NCBI GenBank assembly: GCA_963720265.1
Contig: CAVRET010000002.1
Span: 942,069-1,006,068, forward strand
From: an uncultured bacterium
GTDB lineage: Bacteria; Patescibacteriota; Saccharimonadia; UBA4664
Direction of reading: 5' to 3'
Length of the DNA stretch: 64,000 bases
Shown in pieces: positions 25,466 through 34,840 of the stretch. Each line of letters opens with the position of its first letter. Within the stretch, counting starts at the first letter, position 1. The position numbers and the translations under genes are program-made. The notes below the pieces were generated by a model. The model was given only the letters and a program-made list of their open reading frames with translations, was not told where the DNA came from and ran no database searches.

Positions 25466-25954
25466 ATGTCGAGTAATGGAGTCCTTCGAGCATCAAACGA
25501 CTCTCTACCGAGGACACTGGCGGAGCGCAGGTGGGGCATCGCCGTCACGGGTATAACGCTGGCACTTGGTGCCGGTGCCGCGTGGGTGGTGATCGCGATC
25601 GCGACACCGGACCTGCCTGGTGTTGTCGGCAGACTTATCCAGACGACTGCGATCCTGACCGTTGTGGCCATAGTAACACCAACTCTGCCGGGCTTCGGTC
25701 CATACCGAATCAAGCGGGCTTCCCGGATACTGAAGCAAATCGGCATAGCCGCGCTTTACTCAGCCGCGATCTACGGCGCAGTGATCGGCACGTTCATATG
25801 GTTTAGCGCGCCCGACTATCGCTATGCCGCAGGGTGGATGTTGCTCATCGGGAGTCCCTGCATGGGCTACGTGCTTATATGCGGTGCCCTGGAACTGCAG
25901 TCGTGGTGGCGCCAGCGGCGGCAATCAGTCGGCCAATCGCCATCAGGCGAGTAG
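25466..25954 (+). CDS. Hypothetical polytopic membrane protein (162 aa).
   Basis: An AGGAGG RBS precedes the ATG. Four hydrophobic segments are present. Confidence 0.55.
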   Translation: MSSNGVLRASNDSLPRTLAERRWGIAVTGITLALGAGAAWVVIAIATPDLPGVVGRLIQTTAILTVVAIVTPTLPGFGPYRIKRASRILKQIGIAALYSAAIYGAVIGTFIWFSAPDYRYAAGWMLLIGSPCMGYVLICGALELQSWWRQRRQSVGQSPSGE

Positions 25955-25975
25955 TACGCAACTCGGGAGGTTGCC

Positions 25976-26257
25976 ATGTCAGCAATTTTGCAGGGCGTTG
26001 GCGCAGGTGCGGTAGAAGTCGTAGCGGTGCTCTGCGGTTTGAGTATCGTAAGAATGCCGTACCTGCGAGCGCCGGCTGCCATTATGACCATCGTCTTCTT
26101 CTTCGGAGGTATGGCGATCCAACCAGTCGTCGCTGTGATTACGGCCGTTGTGGCCGTAATCGTCACAATGGCAATCGTACGCACGCGCACGAACTCGGAC
26201 CCGCAAGCCAGCAGGCAGACCGATCGTTCGGAGGATTCGGACCCTGGGGCCGACTAG
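25976..26257 (+). CDS. Small membrane protein (93 aa).
   Basis: It has two or three TM helices and an acidic C-terminal tail, and is followed by a hairpin terminator. Confidence 0.45.
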   Translation: MSAILQGVGAGAVEVVAVLCGLSIVRMPYLRAPAAIMTIVFFFGGMAIQPVVAVITAVVAVIVTMAIVRTRTNSDPQASRQTDRSEDSDPGAD

Positions 26258-26369
26258 GCCCCGGGGCTCCGGCCCCAATTTTGGCTTATTAGTTGATTTA
26301 TTGTTAAAAATATGATATTATATTAACACGGGACGAGTGTCTCGTTGGTTGCTTGATAAGAGGTGGGCT

Positions 26370-27125
26370 ATGCCACGACACTTGCGATCCAGGAAACTGG
26401 GGCGGCGGCCGTTTCAAGCATTGACGGTTGCTCTCTTGCTGGCTGCACTCGTGGCAGGCTGGAGACTTCACCGCAACACCTTCGCAATGACCGGGTCTTT
26501 CTGGTTGGGCTCGTTCGTGATCTACCAGGTTACGATCAAGTATTACACCGGCCACTGGGCACTGAAGCCCAGTAAGGAATATCCCTCCTTCTGGTGGGGA
26601 AACCTTGTCATCCTGCCACTGTTCGTGTCAGCGCCGCTGGCGGTGTTGGCGAATCATTTGCCAACACACACCCAGCTGTACTGGTTCGAGGAGAGGTGGT
26701 GGGCACTGGCGGCGGCGACGCTGGCACTGGCGGTTGCAGCCGGGTTCAGGTTGACCCAGCGACAGGTCTTCTGCAAGGAGGCGCTGGCGGCACCCTGGAA
26801 GACCATCCACGACTGGTTCGAATTTACGTTCCTGTCGTTCATCCTGATCTTGAATGCGCCGGCCCTGTGGTATTCAAGCTGGGGTTTCCGGTCGTTCCAC
26901 GCCACATCGGTTCTCGCACTCGTGCCGCTCATCGGCCTCGGCATCTGGCTGTACGTTGCCCGGGTTCGAGACCGTAAGAGGGACCGGGATCTGCCGCCGG
27001 ACAAGGAGGGCGTGACGATTGAAGGCTGGGACTGGGAACGGAGTGCGGTTATTCCGTGCAAGTACCTGGGGCACAAGGACGGCAAGACCTTTGAGTGGGT
27101 ACCCGACCTGCCCGAAGCGGCTTAG
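26370..27125 (+). CDS. Hypothetical polytopic membrane protein, paralogue A of a tandem pair.
   Basis: YPSFWWGNLVILPL, RWW and APWKTIH are shared with the protein at 27254–28024. Start is taken at ATG 26370 with an AGAGGTGG RBS. Confidence 0.6.
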   Translation: MPRHLRSRKLGRRPFQALTVALLLAALVAGWRLHRNTFAMTGSFWLGSFVIYQVTIKYYTGHWALKPSKEYPSFWWGNLVILPLFVSAPLAVLANHLPTHTQLYWFEERWWALAAATLALAVAAGFRLTQRQVFCKEALAAPWKTIHDWFEFTFLSFILILNAPALWYSSWGFRSFHATSVLALVPLIGLGIWLYVARVRDRKRDRDLPPDKEGVTIEGWDWERSAVIPCKYLGHKDGKTFEWVPDLPEAA

Positions 27126-27129
27126 CCGC

Positions 27130-27190
27130 AATCCGATGGCCCGGCTGCTCGAACGTGAGAGTGGCCGGGCCAGACCTGTCTTTATTGATT
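27130..27190 (+). terminator. Terminator hairpin (ggcccggctg...cggccgggcc followed by a T-run). It is duplicated after paralogue B.
   Basis: An inverted repeat is followed by ctttattgattttt. A near-identical structure occurs at 28035–28090. Confidence 0.55.
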
Positions 27191-27253
27191 TTTCTAATAT
27201 TTGTGTTATTATATTTGTGTTAACGTCCATGTCTACTGAACCTTGGAAAGGAT

Positions 27254-28024
27254 GTGGTGAGCGTGGCTACTATTGGCCCGCCCATACCGCACTGGGTGTT
27301 TGTCGTGATCGTGCTCGCACTGCTGGCATTGGGGCTCGTACTCGGGCCCTGGCTGTACCGCCGCCGGTGGTACGCGGTCACCCTGGCCTGCATCATGACG
27401 TTCGTCCTGTACCAGCTGACGACGCTCTACTTCGGACATTTCTGGGCGCTTAACTTGGCCCACCAGTACCCGAGCTTCTGGAGCGGGGACCTTATTCTGC
27501 TGCCGTTTGGCACCCTGGCGCCGCTGTCGTATATGATCGACCACTTGCCCAAGCGGGACGTGACGCTCCGACAGCCGTACCTGTTCAACCGGCGGTGGTG
27601 GCCGTTTGCGGCCACGGGACTTGCACTGGTGTATGCCGTCTGGTTCTGGGGGACGCAGCGTGCGATTTACCCGCCGCTGGCAGATGACGCACCATGGAAG
27701 TATCTCCACAATGTTTTGTCGGTGACGTTCATCAGCTACCTGATCATCCTGGGTTCGCCCGCGATCTGGTACTGGATCGTTGAGGCGCGCGGGAGCAGGC
27801 AACACAGCACAAAGGTGCTGGTCGCCTTCATCCCGCTCGTGTCGCTCTTCGCCTGGGGCGTCGTTGCGACAACCGCCGACCGGCTGATGGATATCAACGC
27901 CCCCGGGGGACATGCGCTCGTTCAGACGCGCGACTACGACTGGAGCAACGGCCTGACGGGTTCGGACGTAATTAAGCGGCTGCCTGGTGGAGGCTGGCGG
28001 TGGGTCCCCGTTCCAGGGCAGTAA
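27254..28024 (+). CDS. Hypothetical polytopic membrane protein, paralogue B.
   Basis: YPSFWSGDLILLPF, RRWWPF and APWKYLHN. The gene, its terminator and its upstream AT-rich region are all duplicated. Confidence 0.6.
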   Translation: MVSVATIGPPIPHWVFVVIVLALLALGLVLGPWLYRRRWYAVTLACIMTFVLYQLTTLYFGHFWALNLAHQYPSFWSGDLILLPFGTLAPLSYMIDHLPKRDVTLRQPYLFNRRWWPFAATGLALVYAVWFWGTQRAIYPPLADDAPWKYLHNVLSVTFISYLIILGSPAIWYWIVEARGSRQHSTKVLVAFIPLVSLFAWGVVATTADRLMDINAPGGHALVQTRDYDWSNGLTGSDVIKRLPGGGWRWVPVPGQ

Positions 28025-28034
28025 GTTCGTTCGA

Positions 28035-28090
28035 TGACGATGGCCCGGCTGTTCGCGCAGATGCGAGCGGCCGGGCTGGTTTGATTTTTA
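28035..28090 (+). terminator. Terminator hairpin, duplicate of the one at 27130–27190.
   Basis: ggcccggctgttcgcgcagatgcgagcggccgggctggtttgattttt. Confidence 0.55.
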
Positions 28091-28098
28091 CGGCGATG

Positions 28099-28341
28099 TT
28101 AGGTTAATCGCTGGGCGTCGGCTTCGGTAGCGGCGGCGATGTCTTGCTGGCGGCGAAGATCGGCGGCTTGGGAGCGATTAACATTGGCTTGCCGTTCTTG
28201 ATCGGTGGCATCGCTTTCAAGACCGGCGGCCTGTCTCACGTGATCATCGGCCTGGCTGCGGTGGTTGGTCGCGGTGTCACGATTATCGGTCGCTTTTGCG
28301 TCAAGTTCGTCTGCGGTTGATTCAAGGGTGTCGGGATCCAT
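28099..28341 (-). CDS. Hypothetical acidic protein (80 aa). The call is ambiguous: a Gly-zipper-like ORF on the plus strand covers the same DNA.
   Basis: The minus ORF has an ATG start. The plus frame reads LGVGFGSGGDVLLAAKIGGLGAINIGLPFLIGGIAFKTGGLSHVIIGLAAVVG but has only a TTG start. Confidence 0.25.
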   Translation of the reverse strand: MDPDTLESTADELDAKATDNRDTATNHRSQADDHVRQAAGLESDATDQERQANVNRSQAADLRRQQDIAAATEADAQRLT

Positions 28342-28440
28342 GTGTTCGCCTTCTTTTCCGTTAATGAAGTTGGGATTTTATACGAGCCGGGCGGCCTGAT
28401 CATTGGTGATTTTGCCAAACGATCGACGAGTGGAAGCCTC

Positions 28441-30276
28441 TTAACGGTGGCGCTTACGTTCGAGATTGGTGAGATAGCGTTTGCGCAGACGCAGGTTGGC
28501 TGGGGTAACTTCGAGTAATTCGTCGGCTTCGATGAAGTCGAGGGCTTCTTCGAGCGAGAGGTTGGTGAACGGCGTAAGTTGGGTCGTCATATCGGTTGAG
28601 GACGCGCGCACGTTGGTGAGCTTCTTTTCTTTGGTGACGTTGATTTCGAGGTCATCACCGCGGCGGTTTAAGCCAATAATCATACCTTCATACACCTGCG
28701 TGCCCGGGCCGATGAAAGCGGTGCCGCGCTCTTCGACCGTGGCTAGGCTGTAGGTGGTGGCGGGGCCGGTGGCGGCCGAAATGAGCACACCATTGCGTAG
28801 TTGCTGCAGTGGCGTGCCAAGCGGCTCATAGCCGGTGAGTAAGCTGTTCATAATGACAGTGCCTTTGGTGGCGGTAAGCAAGCTGTTGCGCAGGCCGATG
28901 AGGGTGCGGGTCGGCAAGGTGAAGACAAGGCGGGTGGTAGCTTTGGTGGTGGGCTCCATGGTGTCGAGACGGGCGCGGCGGCGGCCAAGCTCGGCCGAAA
29001 CGGCACCCACGTGCTCTTCCGGCACCTCGATCGTAAGTTCTTCGACTGGTTCGAGTGTGCGACCGTTTTCCTCTTTGGTAACCACTTCCGGCCGGCCAAC
29101 TTCAAATTCAAAGCCTTCACGGCGCAGGGTTTCGATGAGCACGGAGAGATGTAGCTCGCCGCGGCCGGCCACGAGGAAATTGGTGCCGCGGTCGGTGACG
29201 CGCAAGCCCACATTGGTTTCGAGCTCGCGTTCGAGGCGGGTGCCAATTTGGCGCGAGGTGGTAAATTTGCCTTCGCGCCCGGCAAACGGCGAGGTATTGG
29301 GGCCGATTTGGATTTGGAGTGTGGGTGCCTCGATCTGCATGACCGGCAAGCTTTCGGGGTTTTCCGCGGCGGCCAGTGTGGCGCCGATGGAAGCCTGTGG
29401 TACACCCGTAATCCAAACGATATCGCCGGCGGCCACTTCATTTGCTTCAACCCGGCCAAGACCTTCGGCAACATAGAGCTTTTCGGCGCGAGCCGAAGTG
29501 ACGTTACCTTCACGGTCAATTAGAGCGAGGGCCTGCCCGGCTCGCACATCCCCACGCTGGACACGTCCGATGGCATACTTACCTTGATATGAATCCCAAG
29601 CCAGCGCAGTTACGAGCAATTGGAAATCGCCGTGCGGATCAACGCGCGGCGCCGGAATGTCATTCGTAATGGCATCGAAGATAACCTCAAGGTTGGCTGG
29701 AGTTTCTAGCTCGGCGGCGGTGGGCTCGTGGTCCCAGGCTTTGCCGTCGCGGCCAATGGCGTAGTAAACCGGAAATTCAAGCTGATCGTCGGTAACGGCG
29801 AGTTCAAGGAAGAGATGCTCGACTTCACTCACCACCTCGGCTGCGCGAGCGTCGCGCTTGTCGATCTTGTTGATAATGACGACCGGCTTAAGGCCCAGCG
29901 CCAGGGCGCGCGACAGCACAAACTTGGTTTGGGGCATGGGACCTTCGGCCGCATCGACGATCAGGAGGCAGCCGTCGGCCAAATTGAGCGTTCGCTCGAC
30001 TTCACCGGAGAAATCGGCATGTCCGGGTGTGTCGATGATGTTGATTTTGTAGCCGTTGTGGCTGACCGCGATGGTTTTGGCCGAGATCGTAATCCCCCGC
30101 TCGCGCTCGAGGTCGCCGGTATCTAAGATGGTAGTTTGGCTCATTTCGGCCTGGTTGTCGCGGAATGTACCGGCCTGCTTTAACAAGCCGTCGACGAGCG
30201 TGGTTTTGCCGTGGTCGACGTGCGCAATAATGGCAACGTTGCGGATTTGACTGGTAGCGGTAATGGTCGGATTCAT
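28441..30276 (-). CDS. typA: Translational GTPase TypA/BipA.
   Basis: 611 aa. [23 protein letters not shown] and NKIDKRDA are the GTPase motifs. It has EF-G-like domain architecture. Confidence 0.9.
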   Translation of the reverse strand: MNPTITATSQIRNVAIIAHVDHGKTTLVDGLLKQAGTFRDNQAEMSQTTILDTGDLERERGITISAKTIAVSHNGYKINIIDTPGHADFSGEVERTLNLADGCLLIVDAAEGPMPQTKFVLSRALALGLKPVVIINKIDKRDARAAEVVSEVEHLFLELAVTDDQLEFPVYYAIGRDGKAWDHEPTAAELETPANLEVIFDAITNDIPAPRVDPHGDFQLLVTALAWDSYQGKYAIGRVQRGDVRAGQALALIDREGNVTSARAEKLYVAEGLGRVEANEVAAGDIVWITGVPQASIGATLAAAENPESLPVMQIEAPTLQIQIGPNTSPFAGREGKFTTSRQIGTRLERELETNVGLRVTDRGTNFLVAGRGELHLSVLIETLRREGFEFEVGRPEVVTKEENGRTLEPVEELTIEVPEEHVGAVSAELGRRRARLDTMEPTTKATTRLVFTLPTRTLIGLRNSLLTATKGTVIMNSLLTGYEPLGTPLQQLRNGVLISAATGPATTYSLATVEERGTAFIGPGTQVYEGMIIGLNRRGDDLEINVTKEKKLTNVRASSTDMTTQLTPFTNLSLEEALDFIEADELLEVTPANLRLRKRYLTNLERKRHR

Positions 30277-30371
30277 AGGCTCACATTAAAACACCGGGGC
30301 TGCTTATTACGCCGGTGGCGGTTGTTTTGTTAATTATAGCACGTTTTATTGGTTTACGCTAGACTTTAGTG

Positions 30372-30674
30372 CTACTGCTCGCTCTGGTCGATGGCCTGGC
30401 GAGCCTGGTAAGCCCTGACATCGGCCTCGGTGACATCCCGCATTGGCTGACCACTGCTAACCCATCCGGCCCGGATGGCTTCCCATTCAGCAACGGTTGC
30501 TCCGACCTCGCCGGCTGCTCGGGCCTTATTGTTCCGCTCGGCAGCGCCTAGGTCTAGTGCTTTGGCGGCGTCGCTTGGGTAATGGTCGGTACCAGCGTAA
30601 GGGAGGGATCTCCCTTCGTCTGCACGATCACGCGCCCAGTTTTCTGGATCTGGACCACTGTATTCACTCGGCAT
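30372..30674 (-). CDS. Hypothetical protein (100 aa).
   Basis: ORF only. Confidence 0.35.
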   Translation of the reverse strand: MPSEYSGPDPENWARDRADEGRSLPYAGTDHYPSDAAKALDLGAAERNNKARAAGEVGATVAEWEAIRAGWVSSGQPMRDVTEADVRAYQARQAIDQSEQ

Positions 30675-30756
30675 GTTTGTGCTCCCGTTATTCGATATTT
30701 AGTACGACGCGATACACCAGTAAATGGGTGGGGCTGGGGCAGCTCGCACGAGATGC

Positions 30757-31407
30757 TTAGGCTGCTTCTTGTGATTCGGCGGCGAGTGATATCAGGTTGT
30801 ATCTGGTATCTACGACGTGCGCATCGGGCCCAGTGCCACTTGTTTCCTGCCACACCTCTACTCCCACGCCCGGGTAAGCCGTAGTGTAACGGTTTCTTAT
30901 GTGGCCTCGTCCGTCGTCTTCCGGACTGGTGTTCAGGGGGAGTGACTCACCGGGGTTTAAGCCGAGTACCTGATCGGTTCGGTGTCGCAGCGCCGCGACG
31001 AACCGATCATCTGCACTGGCGGCCTCAAGGCCTACTCTTGGCGGATTTTCTAGCTGAGTCGGATCCTGTAATACTCGATCAATAACCTCAATGTCATGCC
31101 TGAGATCCGATCGAGCCCCATCCTCGGTCTCCCGCGGTTGTGAACGATTTTCAACGTCGTACTCGGCATCAGGACCCGGCCAGATCCGATCACCCTGATC
31201 CTGGGCGGCGAGAGCCTGCAATCTGGCGGCGAGAGCGGGACTTTTAACCTCATGGACTAAGCCGCCATAAAACTCGGCGACGGTCGATTCGCGCCGCCGG
31301 CGCTCGGCACCGTCCGGGTGTGCTAGCCCCGCCATTTCATCAGCGTTTCGTCCGAGGCCACGAGGCCCTTGCGCCCCGGGGCCGTCGAGTTCTCCTTGCG
31401 TGGTCAT
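30757..31407 (-). CDS. Hypothetical acidic protein (216 aa).
   Basis: ORF only. Confidence 0.4.
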   Translation of the reverse strand: MTTQGELDGPGAQGPRGLGRNADEMAGLAHPDGAERRRRESTVAEFYGGLVHEVKSPALAARLQALAAQDQGDRIWPGPDAEYDVENRSQPRETEDGARSDLRHDIEVIDRVLQDPTQLENPPRVGLEAASADDRFVAALRHRTDQVLGLNPGESLPLNTSPEDDGRGHIRNRYTTAYPGVGVEVWQETSGTGPDAHVVDTRYNLISLAAESQEAA

Positions 31408-31473
31408 AGGGGTACCCCTCCTTTATGGGCTAATCATAACTGACATATATGAAGGGGGACAAATTTGACTGGG

Positions 31474-33477
31474 TTACCGCCCGCGGGGCGGACGGCCGGA
31501 GGCTGGTTTGGAGCGGGACGGTTTTAGAGTTTCAATTTGGTCGCGGAGGGTGGCGGCCTTTTCGAATTGGAGGTTTTGGGCCGCCATTTGCATTTGCTCG
31601 GTGAGTTCTTTGACGATCCTTGCACGGTCTTCTTTGGGAATGGTGTCGGGGTCGAATTCGCGCACATCGGCGGTTTCAACCGCTTCGGCTTGGCGCATGC
31701 GTTCGCCCATGGCCTTTTTGATACCTTCGGGCGTAATGCCGTGCTCTAGGTTGTAGGCTTCCTGGACTTCGCGGCGTTTGTTGGTCGTGTCGATGGCTAT
31801 GCGCATGGAGTCGGTAATGCGGTCGGCATACATTATGACGCGGCCTTCAACGTGGCGGGCGGCTCGTCCGATGGTTTGGATAAGGGCTGTTTGGCCGCGC
31901 AAGAAACCCTCTTTGTCGGCATCGAGGATGGCGACGAGCGAAACCTCGGGCAAGTCGAGGCCCTCGCGTAAGAGGTTGATTCCCACCACGACATCGTAAA
32001 CACCGGCGCGCAAGTCTTGGAGAATGTCGACTCTTTCTAGGGTGTGGACGTCGGAGTGTAGATATTGGACCTTGATACCAGCTTCGTTTAAGTATTCGGT
32101 GAGGTCTTCGGCCATGCGTTTGGTGAGGGTGGTAACGAGCACGCGCTGACCCTTTAACGTGGTAGCCCTAATTTCGGCCAGTAGGTCGTCGATTTGGCCT
32201 GAGATGGGGCGGACGTCGATCATTGGGTCGAGCAGGCCGGTGGGACGGATGACTTGCTGCACGACTTGGCTGGAGCGCGAGAGCTCGAGCTCGGCCGGCG
32301 TGGCGGAAACATTGATGACTTGGTTTAAGTGGCGCTCGAATTCGGTCCATTTGAGCGGGCGGTTGTCGAGTGCACTAGGCAAGCGGAAGCCATAATCTAC
32401 CAGCGTTTCCTTGCGGGCGCGGTCGCCGTTGTACATGCCGCGGACTTGCGGCAGGGTGATATGCGATTCGTCGACAAACATGAGGAAATCGTCCGGGAAG
32501 TAGTCGAGGAGGGTGGCGGGCTGCTCGCCGGGTTCGCGGTCGGACAGAAAACGCGAGTAGTTTTCGATGCCGGGCACCATGCCGGTTTCGAGCAGCATCT
32601 CCATGTCGAATTTGGTGCGCTGCTTGAGGCGCTGAGCTTCAAGGAGTTTGTGCTCGCGTTCGAGCTGGTAGAGGCGCGTGTCGAGCTCTTCGCCGATCTT
32701 CTGAACTGCGATGCGCAACTTTTCTTGCGGCGTGACGTAGTGCTTGGCCGGGAAAATCTTAAGCTCCTTACGCTCGCCCGTGAGCTCGCCCGTGAGCGAA
32801 TCAAGCTGGCGTATGCGTTCGATCTCGTCACCAAAGAATTCGAGGCGGTAGGCTACTTCTTCGCCGACGGGGAAAATGTCGACCACGTCGCCGCGGACCC
32901 TAAAACGGCCGCGGGTGAAATCGAGGTCGTTGCGCTGGTATTGGATATCGGTGAGCTGGCGCAGGAGCTTGTCGCGCAGCCTGCGCTCCCCCACCTTAAG
33001 GTCGATGGTCATGGCAGTGTAATCCGAGACATTGCCGAGGCCATAAATACAGCTGACTGACGCCACAATTAACACGTCGCGGCGGGTTAAGAGGCTCATG
33101 GTAGCAGCATGCCTAAGGCGGTCGATCTCCTCGTTAATTGAAGAGTCTTTTTCAATGAAGGTGTCGGTGCGCGGCACGTAGGCTTCGGGCTGGTAGTAAT
33201 CGTAATAGCTGACGAAGTACTGCACGGCATTGTCGGGGAAAAACTGACGAAATTCGGAGTAAAGCTGGGCGGCTAGGGTTTTGTTGTGCGAGAGCACAAG
33301 CGTGGGCCGCTGCAGTTCCTGCACGATGTTCGCCATTGTGAAAGTTTTTCCCGATCCGGTTATGCCGAGCAAGGTTTGTTCGCGGTCGCCGCGTCGCAAC
33401 CCTTGCGTGAGTTGGGCGATAGCCTTAGGCTGGTCGCCGGCGGGTTGGTATTTACTTACAAGCTTGAATTCGGGCAT
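31474..33477 (-). CDS. uvrB: Excinuclease ABC subunit B (UvrB).
   Basis: 667 aa. [15 protein letters not shown], a helicase fold, and the C-terminal UVR domain [17 protein letters not shown]. Confidence 0.9.
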   Translation of the reverse strand: MPEFKLVSKYQPAGDQPKAIAQLTQGLRRGDREQTLLGITGSGKTFTMANIVQELQRPTLVLSHNKTLAAQLYSEFRQFFPDNAVQYFVSYYDYYQPEAYVPRTDTFIEKDSSINEEIDRLRHAATMSLLTRRDVLIVASVSCIYGLGNVSDYTAMTIDLKVGERRLRDKLLRQLTDIQYQRNDLDFTRGRFRVRGDVVDIFPVGEEVAYRLEFFGDEIERIRQLDSLTGELTGERKELKIFPAKHYVTPQEKLRIAVQKIGEELDTRLYQLEREHKLLEAQRLKQRTKFDMEMLLETGMVPGIENYSRFLSDREPGEQPATLLDYFPDDFLMFVDESHITLPQVRGMYNGDRARKETLVDYGFRLPSALDNRPLKWTEFERHLNQVINVSATPAELELSRSSQVVQQVIRPTGLLDPMIDVRPISGQIDDLLAEIRATTLKGQRVLVTTLTKRMAEDLTEYLNEAGIKVQYLHSDVHTLERVDILQDLRAGVYDVVVGINLLREGLDLPEVSLVAILDADKEGFLRGQTALIQTIGRAARHVEGRVIMYADRITDSMRIAIDTTNKRREVQEAYNLEHGITPEGIKKAMGERMRQAEAVETADVREFDPDTIPKEDRARIVKELTEQMQMAAQNLQFEKAATLRDQIETLKPSRSKPASGRPPRGR

Positions 33478-33571
33478 ATAGTCTTATTATAGCAATTCCT
33501 TGAAACTTATTAAATTATGTGGCATTGTTGGTTACGCTTGCCCTTTTACATACGGCCCCTCGGAGTGAAAT

Positions 33572-34012
33572 ATGCAACTACTTTTCAACCAGCTGGCGGC
33601 CCAAGCAACAGCCGGCAATAAGCTGTTCGCGCTGTTTTTTACGCTGTGGGTGCTGAGTGCGACGGCCGTCGTATATTTTGTGACCGACGACAGCAAACCC
33701 CCTTGGTCGCTGCTGTCGGTAATGCTTGCGAGCATCGGAGGCACGATGGCGACAGAAGGTTCGGGTGTATTGCCTCCTCCGCGAGTCCATATTACGGCCG
33801 TCCAGCTGGCGGCCGTGCTGCAGGCCAATGCCAAGCTCTGGGCGCTCACATGGCACTGCGTGGCGCTTGCAATCGCGGTGATGTTGGCCTACGGCGGGGC
33901 GCATCTGTACTTCAACGCGCGAACAGGCTTGCTGTTTTCGCTGCCCCGATTGGTTATGGGCACCTACCTGCTTGCGTTCGCACCACTGGTGGTCACGCTT
34001 GCTCTTAACTGA
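33572..34012 (+). CDS. Hypothetical membrane protein (146 aa, four TM segments).
   Basis: ORF and hydrophobicity only. Confidence 0.45.
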   Translation: MQLLFNQLAAQATAGNKLFALFFTLWVLSATAVVYFVTDDSKPPWSLLSVMLASIGGTMATEGSGVLPPPRVHITAVQLAAVLQANAKLWALTWHCVALAIAVMLAYGGAHLYFNARTGLLFSLPRLVMGTYLLAFAPLVVTLALN

Positions 34013-34083
34013 GCGGGCAAACTGTGGGCGCCCGGGAGCAATTCCTGGGCGCCCGCGTTGGCGTTTTTATGGTGACTATTTTG

Positions 34084-34767
34084 CTAATTCAAGCGCTTCG
34101 GTATGCCGGTTGTGCCGTTGATTTCAATGGTGGCCTTTAGGCCGTCATTGTTTTCAAATACCAGATCCATTGTGCCGGCGTTGTGCGAGCACTCATAGGC
34201 GGGAGTATTCCATGGAGAGCTAGTGCAAACCTCGAGCGGCGTGCCCGGGTCATCCGGCGGATTATGAATGTAATATATTTCAATTTCAGGCATCGGATTG
34301 CCGGCCGTGTCGTAAATTTTGTACTGCGAAGTTTGTAAGGTGTGGAAGTACATTTCAAAGCATTCGCCGTCGCCGGAGGGGTCATTTGCGGGGTCGCAGT
34401 AGTCCTTGAAATCGTTGTTTGGCGCTATGACATACCCGGTAAAATTACCGCTTGCATCATAGTCAGCGTATAAAGGTTCGAGCTCGACGAGGTAGCCGAG
34501 CGGATCGTTCGCGTCAAACTCTAGCCCAGTGCCGGCGACCGCTGATGTGGTGGTATTGCCTGGACCGGTTTGATTGTCGTTCGAGAGGGCATAATTGCGG
34601 GTATAGCTAATGTCTTGTACGGTTTGGTCAATAGCGGTGTCGAATCTGGAACGCTGGAGCATCGTTGACCACCCTTGGAAAACCAACACCAATAGCAGTG
34701 AAGATATAGCCATTACAAGTGTCAGCTCAATGAGTGTAAAGCCCGAGTTCTTAAGTTTATTCGTCAT
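34084..34767 (-). CDS. Type IV pilin / pseudopilin with a prepilin N-terminal cleavage-methylation motif.
   Basis: GFTLIELTLVMAISSLLLVL lies directly after a short leader. Confidence 0.7.
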   Translation of the reverse strand: MTNKLKNSGFTLIELTLVMAISSLLLVLVFQGWSTMLQRSRFDTAIDQTVQDISYTRNYALSNDNQTGPGNTTTSAVAGTGLEFDANDPLGYLVELEPLYADYDASGNFTGYVIAPNNDFKDYCDPANDPSGDGECFEMYFHTLQTSQYKIYDTAGNPMPEIEIYYIHNPPDDPGTPLEVCTSSPWNTPAYECSHNAGTMDLVFENNDGLKATIEINGTTGIPKRLN

Positions 34768-34840
34768 GATAACTCTTGAGCTTAATTGTCTAATTATCAG
34801 GCCGATTGGTCAATGGAGACCGGTTACGAGGGTTTGAGTC

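Noticed and set aside
28481-30250. ORFs antisense to typA (up to 223 aa), and similar antisense ORFs within uvrB and the MFS transporter.
   Set aside because: They overlap well-supported conserved genes and have low-complexity Arg/Ser/Pro composition.
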